64,000 nt of DNA from Pirellulales bacterium (lineage in GTDB: Bacteria; Planctomycetota; Planctomycetia; Pirellulales; UBA1268), in assembly GCA_044370415.1 (NCBI GenBank), contig JBILVO010000003.1, positions 12,526-76,525 on the forward strand. The letters are read 5' to 3'. The notes beneath the pieces were generated by a model. The model had not been told where the DNA came from. It saw only the letters and a program-made list of their open reading frames with translations, and did not search any database. The stretch's first letter is position 1; the number at the start of each line of letters is the position of its first letter. Positions 19,460 through 27,976 of this stretch are shown here, piece after piece. The position numbers and the translations under genes are program-made.

Positions 19460-20587
19460 GTGAAGACACGCACCCTTTCTCCGGCGATCGACATGCGCAC
19501 CATCGCGAGCCGCTCGCACGACTACACGGTGGAGGAGTTCGCCACGGTGGCGGGGGCGGTCGACGCCGCCAACACCGGCGGTCGGCCCCATTTCCTCGTC
19601 GATCGCGCCGTCCACGAGGCGTTCGCGGCGGAGCTGGCGGATCGGCTGCCGGCGGATCGCCTGCTCCTGGTCGAGGCCACGGAAGACGCCAAGTCGTACG
19701 CGGCTCTCGAGCCGGTGTTCCTGGAGCTCTTGCAGCGGGGTCTCAATCGCAGCGGCTCCCTCGTGGTGATCGGCGGCGGCGTGCTCCAGGACCTCGGCTG
19801 CTTCGTCGCCTCGGTGCTCGCCCGGGGCATCCGCTGGCAGCTGCTGCCGACTACCCTCTTGGCCCAGGCCGACAGCTGCATCGGCAGCAAGAGCTCCATC
19901 AACATCGGCCGCTACAAGAACCAGATCGGCACCTTCTATCCGCCCCACCGCGTGCTGCTCGTCCCCGAGTTCCTCCGCACCCTGCCCTTCGACGAGATCC
20001 GCTCCGGCCTGGGGGAGGTGATCAAGCTGCAGCTGCTGGCGGGGGAGCGGGGATTCGGCGAGCTCATGGCCGATCTGGCGGGGCTGGCCGCGGCGGCCGC
20101 GGACGACAGGCAGCGGACGCTCGCCCGGTGGGTCGACAGGTCGATGGACGTAAAGCAGCCCGTCATCGAGGCCGATGAGTTCGACCGTGGCCCCAGGCTG
20201 CTGCTCAACTACGGCCACACGTTCGGGCATGCGTTCGAGTCGGTGACCGAGTTCGCGATTCCCCACGGCATCGCCGTGGTGCTGGGCATGCTGACGGCGA
20301 CCCACCTCTCCGCCGCGCTCGGCATGGTGCCGGCCCGGCACGCCGAGGAGCTGTCGCGGATGCTCGCGGCCTGGCACGATCCCCATGCCGCCGCCCTGCG
20401 GCCGGTGGCGATGGACGATCTCCTGCAGGCCCTCGCCCGCGACAAGAAGAACTCCGCCGCGGGCCTGACCTGCATCCTGACCCGCGGAATCGGCCGCATG
20501 GAGCGGGTCACGCTGACCGCGGACCAGATCCGGGCCCACGTGGCCCCGACCCTTGCCCGGCTGATCGAAACAGGATTCACTGCATGA
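19460..20587 (+). CDS. 3-dehydroquinate-synthase-family protein (AroB-related sugar-phosphate cyclase-like)
   Basis: GGGVLQDLGCFVASVLARGIRW..LPTTLLAQADSCIGSKSSIN, RSGLGEVIK and NYGHTFGHAFE (metal ligands) are present. GTG 19460 or ATG 19493 are possible starts. Confidence 0.88.
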   Translation: MKTRTLSPAIDMRTIASRSHDYTVEEFATVAGAVDAANTGGRPHFLVDRAVHEAFAAELADRLPADRLLLVEATEDAKSYAALEPVFLELLQRGLNRSGSLVVIGGGVLQDLGCFVASVLARGIRWQLLPTTLLAQADSCIGSKSSINIGRYKNQIGTFYPPHRVLLVPEFLRTLPFDEIRSGLGEVIKLQLLAGERGFGELMADLAGLAAAAADDRQRTLARWVDRSMDVKQPVIEADEFDRGPRLLLNYGHTFGHAFESVTEFAIPHGIAVVLGMLTATHLSAALGMVPARHAEELSRMLAAWHDPHAAALRPVAMDDLLQALARDKKNSAAGLTCILTRGIGRMERVTLTADQIRAHVAPTLARLIETGFTA

Positions 20588-20622
20588 CGGCGGCCCGCCG
20601 CGCATGACACCCGAGGAAACGC

Positions 20623-21711
20623 ATGAACCGCGACATTTTCGAGAACCTCTTCGTGCTGGAGATGACCAACAACCACCAGGGCAGCCTGGAGCGGGGCCTG
20701 GCCATCATCCGTGAGCACAGCCGGATCGCGCGGTTCAACAACGTGCGGGCCGCCATCAAGCTGCAGTTTCGCGACGTCGAGACCTTCGTGCACAAGGATT
20801 TCCGCGATCGCGACGACATCCGCTACATCCGCCGCGTGCTCGACACGAAGCTGCGGAAATCGGACTACGAGCAGATGGTGGTGGCGATCCGCAAGAGCGG
20901 CTGCATCCCGATGTCGACGCCCTTCGACGAGAAGTCGGTCGACTGGTGCGTGGAGTTCGACCTGCCGATCATCAAGATCGCCAGCGCCGACTCCAACGAC
21001 TGGCTGCTGCTGGAGCGGATCGCGAAGACCCGCAAGCCCTGCATCATCTCCTTCGGCGGCACGCCGCTGAAGGACATGGACGACGTGGTGACGTTTTTCG
21101 AGAACCGCAACATCCCGCTGGCGATCAACCACTGCGTGGCCGCGTATCCCCACGAGGACAGCGAGGCGGAGCTCGAGCAGATCGACTTCCTCCGCGACCG
21201 TTACCCCGGCCACACCATCGGCTACTCCTGCCACGAGCACACCGATTGGGCGACGAGCGTGATGATCGCCTATGCGAAGGGTGCGCGGACCTTCGAGCGG
21301 CACATCGACATCAGCACGGACGGCTTCCAGCCGGCCACCTACTCCTCGCTGCCGTCGCAGATCGACACCTGGTTCAAGGCGTTCCATCGGGCGGTGACCT
21401 TCTGCGGCACGTCGCGGACGGGGCGGAAGCTGCCGCTGCCGAAGGAGACGGCCTACCTCGATTCGTACATCCGCGGCGTGTATGCCAGGCACGACCTGCA
21501 GCCCGGCCAGATGCTCACGGAGGACGACATCTACATGGCGATCCCGCTGCAGAAGGGGCAGATCTCGTGCCGGGAGCTGATGCTCGGCCGCTACGGGCAC
21601 CGGATGACGGCGGCCTGCGCGAAGGACGCCCCGGTGATGATCGACATGATCGACTCGCCCTACGCGGAGGACGAGCAGCTCAAGGCCGCGATCTACGAGC
21701 GGGGGCTGTAG
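20623..21711 (+). CDS. NeuB-family PEP-dependent sugar synthase (N-acetylneuraminate/pseudaminate synthase-like)
   Basis: ATG 20623 follows [42 protein letters not shown] and ERHID are present, and a C-terminal SAF-like segment reads [16 protein letters not shown]. Confidence 0.9.
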   Translation: MNRDIFENLFVLEMTNNHQGSLERGLAIIREHSRIARFNNVRAAIKLQFRDVETFVHKDFRDRDDIRYIRRVLDTKLRKSDYEQMVVAIRKSGCIPMSTPFDEKSVDWCVEFDLPIIKIASADSNDWLLLERIAKTRKPCIISFGGTPLKDMDDVVTFFENRNIPLAINHCVAAYPHEDSEAELEQIDFLRDRYPGHTIGYSCHEHTDWATSVMIAYAKGARTFERHIDISTDGFQPATYSSLPSQIDTWFKAFHRAVTFCGTSRTGRKLPLPKETAYLDSYIRGVYARHDLQPGQMLTEDDIYMAIPLQKGQISCRELMLGRYGHRMTAACAKDAPVMIDMIDSPYAEDEQLKAAIYERGL

Positions 21712-21792
21712 GCCGGGCTCGGGTGACGGGCCTGTGATCAGGGCCTGCTGTGAGGTCGCCGGTGCACGCTCGGTGCCGGACGAGAGACCGCA

Positions 21793-23115
21793 TCACGTGG
21801 TCAAAGGTCTACGACCGCCGGGTGATGCGAGTTTCACGAGCCCCCCGAGGAACGCCATGAGCCGTGCGTGTCTGCCTCGCCGCGTCGAGCATGACCAGCC
21901 TCCCGCCACCAAGACGATCACTGCTGCCGTGAGCAAAAGCGGATTGGCAAGAACCGCGAGCGAGCAGTCTGCCACGCCCGAGTCCGTCATGATCCCCGGG
22001 AAGTAGAAAAATTTCTTGGGGAACAAAGCCACGGTTATCAAGGTCAGCGCAGCCGTGTCGCCGGCGCGACGGTCTGCGGTCGTGATGAGGCAGAGAAGCG
22101 ACGTGATCGCGTGCACCACCTTGTATTCCGCGCCGGCCGGTGTTGCCAGAACCATGAATATGGTGAGAAGGGCAACGCGTCTCCAGAAGGAGGTCTCCAC
22201 CACCACGACGTGAAACGTAAGGCAGACGCTCATGAGTGCAAGGCCGATCGTGTAGGAGCGCAGCAGGTGGTTCAGGTAAGCGCCGAGGTCCGGCACGGCG
22301 TGCGACGGGTCGTGATTGAGGTCGTAGATTTGTTGTTCGAGCACTCCGACTTTCAAGGCATTCCACAGGCTCGCCGTGCCGCCCATGCCGGCGTTGCCGA
22401 TGACGTAATTGGTCGTGAACTGCGCCGCACGATCGCGCCATTGGTGCACGTTGTCAGCGAGCGTCCCATCAAAGAGTGACAGGCTAGCGATGGTGATGGC
22501 GACAGTTGCCACGAGCGAACCAGCCAGCAATTTCAAGCGTCGTCCCGGCAAGAGCATCGCCAGCAGGACGGCCGGGTAGATCTTCATGCAGACGGCCGGC
22601 ACGAGGAACGTCAGGCCGAGCGCGTACTTGCCTTTGCGCATGTGATACACGCACTCGCAGATCAGCCACATGACAGTGAGTTCGATGTTTCCGCGATCGA
22701 TACAAAAGAGAAACGGACCTGAGCAGCAGAGCAGCGTCGTTGCAGCAAGGCACGCAAAATTCGTTCGCCCTAGGCTGATTGCGAGAATGAAGAACACGGA
22801 TCGCCAGAGCAGCACCAGGGTAATGGTGAGATAAATCGCATAGGCAGGAAGCGAGGGCATCCATGAAAATGGGTGCAGGACGACGTAGGTAAATGGCAGA
22901 TAGACGGCAAACTGCGTATACGGGTTCCATTGTGCGGACGCCGACACCGTGTCGTAGAAATCCGTGAAGCGAGCATTCGGAAGAAACAGAAACGTGTCGA
23001 ATGGATATCCGCGCCCCTGGATCACGCCCTCGTACCAATGCCAAGCCAATGCGGCAGCGAGCCCGCAGACGAGCATGCAGATCGACAACACGGCCTTGCG
23101 TTTTGATGTGTTCAT
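21793..23115 (-). CDS. Polytopic membrane protein, GT-C / DUF2029 (GT87)-like putative glycosyltransferase
   Basis: ATG 23115. 440 aa with about 11 TM helices. The GT87 assignment is tentative and based on topology and context only. GC is markedly lower than the window average. Confidence 0.78.
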   Translation of the reverse strand: MNTSKRKAVLSICMLVCGLAAALAWHWYEGVIQGRGYPFDTFLFLPNARFTDFYDTVSASAQWNPYTQFAVYLPFTYVVLHPFSWMPSLPAYAIYLTITLVLLWRSVFFILAISLGRTNFACLAATTLLCCSGPFLFCIDRGNIELTVMWLICECVYHMRKGKYALGLTFLVPAVCMKIYPAVLLAMLLPGRRLKLLAGSLVATVAITIASLSLFDGTLADNVHQWRDRAAQFTTNYVIGNAGMGGTASLWNALKVGVLEQQIYDLNHDPSHAVPDLGAYLNHLLRSYTIGLALMSVCLTFHVVVVETSFWRRVALLTIFMVLATPAGAEYKVVHAITSLLCLITTADRRAGDTAALTLITVALFPKKFFYFPGIMTDSGVADCSLAVLANPLLLTAAVIVLVAGGWSCSTRRGRHARLMAFLGGLVKLASPGGRRPLTT

Positions 23116-23193
23116 GTCGGTGCGTCGAAACGGAAGGGTGTGGCCTGGCTGGGGATGTGTGAGTCGCTTCGGAATAATCACCGCTCCGCCTTC

Positions 23194-23925
23194 TCAGGCC
23201 ATCCCGTCGGAGGCTTCTGGTAGGGGCTCACACACTACTACAGCCTGGATCAAGAGGTCACACGGCGATACTGAATACGACACCAGCTTCCACCCGGCGG
23301 AGTGAAGCAGTTCCTCGGCGTGCGTGCGAGATCGCAGCAATGTGATTTCCGGTGGATGCAATTCGACGGCGGGGCGGCCGCTGCGATTCAAAGCGCGATG
23401 ACACAGGCCGAGCACCTTGACGCTGATCGCGCCGGCCAATGGCCAAAATGCCACCATGCGGCCGCCTGGCCGCAAGACCTTCTTCATCTCGTGCAGGATG
23501 TGCCGGATGTCCGCAGGGGTAAAGTGCTCGAGGACGCCGAGGCTGTAGATACCGTCGTAGAGCTCACCTGTGCAGCTCATCTGCATGAGATCTGCATGGA
23601 GCGTGGCTGCAGCATGCGGGTTGTTCTTTCGATAACGCTCCAGAGCCCGCGGAGAGATGTCCAAGCCGGTGATCCGAAAGCGGCGATTGATCAACGCATC
23701 CACTTCACCGCTGCCGCAGCCTGCGTGAAGCAGCGTGCTGCCCTGCGGGAACGTGCGGGCGAGCCACCATGCGAGTCGCGGGCAGATGAAAAGACGTCGA
23801 TAGATGCTCGCTATCACCGCGTAGAGGCGGCGGGCGCCACGGGGGTCCCTGTCCCAGTAGGAGTCCCACCCGGCATGGTGCGGCGTGCGGGGGGGCGTCG
23901 TGCCGGCTACGTCATGGTCGGTCAT
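23194..23925 (-). CDS. Class I SAM-dependent methyltransferase
   Basis: ATG 23925 overlaps the upstream gene end. Motif I is LLHAGCGSGE, followed by ITGLDISP, IYSLGVLEHF and LRPGGRMV. Confidence 0.85.
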   Translation of the reverse strand: MTDHDVAGTTPPRTPHHAGWDSYWDRDPRGARRLYAVIASIYRRLFICPRLAWWLARTFPQGSTLLHAGCGSGEVDALINRRFRITGLDISPRALERYRKNNPHAAATLHADLMQMSCTGELYDGIYSLGVLEHFTPADIRHILHEMKKVLRPGGRMVAFWPLAGAISVKVLGLCHRALNRSGRPAVELHPPEITLLRSRTHAEELLHSAGWKLVSYSVSPCDLLIQAVVVCEPLPEASDGMA

Positions 23926-24640
23926 GGCGGGATATCTCCTGTCGCCGGACGGCGAGGCGGACCAGTAATGCGATGCTGCGGGCCACCTCACGAAGCGACA
24001 TTTTCGACGAACCGTAGGTGCGTTTCGGCAGCCGAATAGGGAGTTCGATGATCTGAGCGCCCCGCGCCTGAAGGACCATCAGGCTCTCGAAAAAGAATGC
24101 ATATCCGTCGCTGCGCACCTCATCAACCCACGCGATCCCGAGGCGATCGAGTCGGTACAGCCGCAATGCCCCTGTGGCGTCGTACGGGAGTCCGAGCAGG
24201 CGAGTTGTCGCAAAGTGCCCGGCATGTGTGAGGGCTTTTCTCATCCAATTCCAATCAGCCAGAGAGGAACTGTCGGCGAATCGGCTCCCGACGACAACGT
24301 CGCCTCCAGCGGCAGCGGTGAACTGAGAGCAGTCGCTCGGTTGATGTGTCAAATCGCAGTCCATGGTGAGCACACGGGAATATCCGCGGCGATGGGCCTC
24401 GCGGAGACCGACTTTATGGGCGGAACCGATCCCGAGCTTGGCGGACCGCGAGATGACGTCAATCGCGCCGTCAACGGAGGCGATGTCCTCGATCACTTTC
24501 CGGGTGCCATCGGGCGAGTTGTCGTCGCAGAAGAGAATCGGAATGCGCCCGAGGTGTTGACGCAGGCCGGCGACGATGAGCTCGATGTTGTCGCGCTCGT
24601 TATAGGTAGGAATGAAAATCAGTAGGTCGTGAGCTGCCAT
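23912..24640 (-). CDS. Dpm1-like GT2 glycosyltransferase (second copy of the polyprenol-phosphate sugar synthase type)
   Basis: ATG 24640. LLIFIPTYNERDNIE, ILFCDDNSPDGT, TMDCDLTHQP, VVVGSR and GYAFFFE are present. It overlaps the upstream gene by 41 nt. Confidence 0.88.
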   Translation of the reverse strand: MAAHDLLIFIPTYNERDNIELIVAGLRQHLGRIPILFCDDNSPDGTRKVIEDIASVDGAIDVISRSAKLGIGSAHKVGLREAHRRGYSRVLTMDCDLTHQPSDCSQFTAAAGGDVVVGSRFADSSSLADWNWMRKALTHAGHFATTRLLGLPYDATGALRLYRLDRLGIAWVDEVRSDGYAFFFESLMVLQARGAQIIELPIRLPKRTYGSSKMSLREVARSIALLVRLAVRRQEISRHDRP

Positions 24641-25565
24641 GACGTTGTATCCGTAAGAGAATGTCACGAATGAGTCCGTCAAAAGTGACGCTGGGTGACC
24701 ACCCCGTCTTGTGTTGGAGCTTTGTCGCATCACCGGCCATGCTGCGCGGTGGGCGAGCAGTCACGGGTTGTGCTATCACATGCCGGGACCAGTCCAAGCC
24801 CTGTACGGCGAAGCACGCCGCAGCGAGCTCACGTACCGTATGGCTCGTGCCAGTGGCCACGACGAAGTCATCCGGTTGCCCCGTGCGAAGCATCAGCCGC
24901 ATCGCCCGCACGGAATCGCGGGCGGCTCCCCAATCGGTGGCGTCGTCGAGCGAGTTCACCGTGACCATGGTTCGTGGATCTGCCGAAGCGGCCAAGGCAG
25001 CCTGGGCGAGCTTCGTGACGATAAATGTCGGTCCACGCAATTCCGATTCATGGTTGAAAAGAATGGCACTGGTCACAAAGAGACCGTGCACGTGGCGAAA
25101 GTGTTCCGCTACGGACATGGCCGCAGCCTTCGATATTCCGTAGGGGCACGTCGGGCGGCGCGGCGTCGACTCGTTGGTTCGTTGCCCGTCGCCGCGACCA
25201 AACACGCGGCAAGACGAGGCGTAGAGAGTCCTTGTCGAGGGGGCGTGGGTGGACACCGCTGCAAGGAGTGCAGCAAACGCTGCGGTGTTGACCGCAAAGG
25301 ATTCTGTCAAATCCCCAACGAAGGGCCTGTCGACTCCTTCAGAAGACGCATGGTGGGCTGCAAGGTAGTAGATTTCCTCTGGCTTCGTTTCCGCCACAAG
25401 TGATGCCAGCCCATCGTGGTCCCGCACGTCGACCTCGAGATGACGTACGGCGGAGAGCGGCGACGGCGTGCGAGAGGCCGAGAGAACCTCGTGGCCCTCG
25501 GCGAGCAACTGACCAGCGAGCAATATGCCATCTTGCCCGGACCCACCGATGACAACGCATTTCAC
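24600..25565 (-). CDS. GDP-mannose 4,6-dehydratase family SDR (Gmd/Rmd-like)
   Basis: GTG 25565 lies 2 nt after the upstream stop. VVIGGSGQDGILLAGQLL, CPYGISKAA (YxxxK) and ILFNHESELRGPTFIVTK are present. At 321 aa its size fits the Rmd-type reductases as well as Gmd. Confidence 0.88.
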   Translation of the reverse strand: MKCVVIGGSGQDGILLAGQLLAEGHEVLSASRTPSPLSAVRHLEVDVRDHDGLASLVAETKPEEIYYLAAHHASSEGVDRPFVGDLTESFAVNTAAFAALLAAVSTHAPSTRTLYASSCRVFGRGDGQRTNESTPRRPTCPYGISKAAAMSVAEHFRHVHGLFVTSAILFNHESELRGPTFIVTKLAQAALAASADPRTMVTVNSLDDATDWGAARDSVRAMRLMLRTGQPDDFVVATGTSHTVRELAAACFAVQGLDWSRHVIAQPVTARPPRSMAGDATKLQHKTGWSPSVTFDGLIRDILLRIQRHGSSRPTDFHSYL

Positions 25566-25567
25566 GT

Positions 25568-26827
25568 TCAGTACCCAACGATCTCTATCTCGGGCAGCGG
25601 GAAGATCAGTCGGCCTCCGCGATCCAAAAACGACTGTTCCCGTCGGACGATTCCGTCCTTGAAATGCCAGGGCAGCACGAGCATGTAGTCGGGATCGAGG
25701 TCGCGGGCTTCCAACTCGGAAACGATCGGTATCCCACTGCCCGGGGTAAATCGGCCCCACTTGTCCTCGTTCACGTCGCCGATGGCGATGAGTTGCTTCG
25801 GTCCGAGGCCGCAGAGTTGGAGGATGACGTTGCCTTTCGTGGACGCGCCGCATCCGACGATCCGCTTTCCCGATCGGTTCAGGGCGTCGACGAGCCCCCG
25901 CAGTTCCTCGCGGTGCTGCCACGCACGTCGTTCGAGTTCGCGGCAGGCCATCGGCGTGTTGAGACCAAGATGCGATTCTCGCTGCATGAGCCATCCGCAC
26001 ACGGCAGTCGCTTCCTGGTAATGCGATTCCCGCTTCGCAGCCGTGACCGCAAAGCTTCCGCCGTTGACGTTGTTCATCCACACGTCGATCACTTTCATGC
26101 CCTCTGCCTCGAGCATGTTGTAAATCACGGTGAAGGAATAGTATTCCAAATGCTCGTGGCAGATGGTGTCGTAGGAGGTGAGTCGCAGCATCGAGGGCAT
26201 GTAGGACTGTTCGAAATGCCAAAGCCCGTCGTCCGCGAGGCAATTCCGCACGTCTTGCACGAATGCCCGTGGCGACTCCAGGTCGTAGAACATTGCGATC
26301 GACGTGATGAGCGACGCATGGCAGTTTCGCCCCAGCGCCGACACGACGCGGTCTCGTGAGAAGAAGTCCGGCACGAGCACGATGTCGGCCGGGTAGAAAG
26401 TGCGGAATTTTTCAGCGGTCGGGTCGACACCCACCTTGAGAAGTCCCCGCGTGCGCAATGCCCGCAGGAGGGTGCCGTCGTTGCTGCCAATGTCGATGAC
26501 GACGTCTCCTGCCTCGAGGCCAGCCATGCGAGTCAGGGCGCCGCATTTGTTCGTGAGGTGGTCGACCATGGCGGCGTTGAGGCCCGATCGATATCCATAA
26601 TTTTCTCCATACATCTCGGCAGCGTTGTAGCTGTGGTCGAGTTGCACCAAGTGGCAGTCACTGCACCAGACGAGCCTCAGCGGTCCGCAGGTGAGCGGTT
26701 GGCTGGTTTGTCTGGGAAATACGCCCGTGAGGTATTGGTCTCCGAGGTCGACGACCCGAATGAGGCCGCTGCTGCCGCAGCATCGGCATGCCTTGAGTGG
26801 CGTTGCATCGCCCATCTTCCGCCTCAT
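25568..26827 (-). CDS. NDP-hexose C-methyltransferase (TylCIII-like; Zn-ribbon + class I MT + C-methyltransferase C-terminal domain)
   Basis: The N-terminal CRCCGS...CSDCHLVQL is a zinc ribbon. VVIDIGSNDGTLL is SAM motif I. ICHEHLEYYS and GCGASTKGNVILQ are characteristic of sugar C-methyltransferases. Confidence 0.88.
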   Translation of the reverse strand: MRRKMGDATPLKACRCCGSSGLIRVVDLGDQYLTGVFPRQTSQPLTCGPLRLVWCSDCHLVQLDHSYNAAEMYGENYGYRSGLNAAMVDHLTNKCGALTRMAGLEAGDVVIDIGSNDGTLLRALRTRGLLKVGVDPTAEKFRTFYPADIVLVPDFFSRDRVVSALGRNCHASLITSIAMFYDLESPRAFVQDVRNCLADDGLWHFEQSYMPSMLRLTSYDTICHEHLEYYSFTVIYNMLEAEGMKVIDVWMNNVNGGSFAVTAAKRESHYQEATAVCGWLMQRESHLGLNTPMACRELERRAWQHREELRGLVDALNRSGKRIVGCGASTKGNVILQLCGLGPKQLIAIGDVNEDKWGRFTPGSGIPIVSELEARDLDPDYMLVLPWHFKDGIVRREQSFLDRGGRLIFPLPEIEIVGY

Positions 26828-26866
26828 GAGTCGTCGGTTGATTGTTGCCGGGTAAGTCTAAGGAGC

Positions 26867-27871
26867 CTATGGCAGCGGAGGGCGTCGCCGCTCCACCACC
26901 AGCGGGCGGTGCCGCACCTGCGTCAGCACCGCACCGACGTACTCGCCGACGAGGCCGATCAGGAAGATCTGCACCGACGCCAGGAAGAAGATGCTGATCA
27001 CCGCCGGCGCATATCCCGCCGGCAGCGAGTACCAGAAGCAGAGCTTGAGCACCAGGAACAGGATCGCCACCAGCAGCGACACGGCGCTCAGCGCGAACCC
27101 CGCGAGCGTCGCCAGCCGCAGCGGCACCTTCGAGTGACTCGTGATGCCCAGCATCGCCATGTCGAAGAGCGTGAAGAAGTTGTTCTTCGTGATGCCCCGC
27201 TTCCGCAGCGGCTGGTCGTACTGGATGATCGAGATCGGCAGGCCGATCTCGCTGATCAGCCCGCGCACATACGGGTAGGGATCGTCGTAGGCCCGCATGA
27301 TCTCCAGGACGCGGCGGTCGTAGAGGCCGAAGCCCGTCACGTGCTCCAGGAGCGGCACCTCGGCGATGGAGCGAGCGATCCGATAGTAGAGGCTGCGCAC
27401 GGCCCAGAACAGCGGCGACTCGGCGCTCGTGCGCTTCTGCCCCACCGCGACGCTCGCCCCCTGCTCCCAGGCCTCCAAAAACTTCGGAATCAACTCCGGA
27501 GGATCCTGCAGGTCGGTGCACATCGAGATCACACAGTCGCCCGGGGCCTCCATGAGCGCGTGAAACGGCGAGCGGATGTGGCCGAAATTCCTGGCGTTCT
27601 CGATCACCTTCACCCGCGGGTCGCGGGCGGCCAGCGCCGCGAGCGCGGCGGCCGTGCCGTCGGTCGACGCGTTGTCGATGAAGAGCATCTCGAACGTGTA
27701 GTCGGACAGACCCGCGAAGACGGCGACGAGCCGGTCGTGCAGCTCCTCGACGTTGCCCGCCTCGTTGTAGCAGGGCAGCACGAGGCCCACGTGGCCGCCC
27801 CGCCGCAGGGCGGCGGGCCGCGCGGCCGTCCAGGTCGCCAGTTCGGGTCGGTCGTGCGGCGGAGGCATCAT
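26867..27871 (-). CDS. Membrane-anchored GT2, polyprenyl-phosphate glycosyltransferase (ArnC/GtrB/CsbB-like)
   Basis: ATG 27871. LVLPCYNEAGNVEEL, FIDNASTDGT and CTDLQDPPE are present. Two C-terminal TM helices flank GLVGEYVG, as in GtrB/ArnC. Confidence 0.88.
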   Translation of the reverse strand: MMPPPHDRPELATWTAARPAALRRGGHVGLVLPCYNEAGNVEELHDRLVAVFAGLSDYTFEMLFIDNASTDGTAAALAALAARDPRVKVIENARNFGHIRSPFHALMEAPGDCVISMCTDLQDPPELIPKFLEAWEQGASVAVGQKRTSAESPLFWAVRSLYYRIARSIAEVPLLEHVTGFGLYDRRVLEIMRAYDDPYPYVRGLISEIGLPISIIQYDQPLRKRGITKNNFFTLFDMAMLGITSHSKVPLRLATLAGFALSAVSLLVAILFLVLKLCFWYSLPAGYAPAVISIFFLASVQIFLIGLVGEYVGAVLTQVRHRPLVVERRRPPLP

Positions 27872-27976
27872 GGCGGCGTCGATACTACCCGGCGTTCGCC
27901 GACGGCCACAAACCGCGGCCGAGTTCCCCGGCACGGGGTGAGATGGCGGCCCGCCGGTCAGCCTGCCTGTGGCCGG

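Noticed and set aside
21793-26827. Calling the low-GC block a genomic island or mobile element
   Set aside because: No integrase, transposase, flanking direct repeats or adjacent tRNA are present, and the genes are operonic with native-GC genes. It is reported only as a compositional anomaly.
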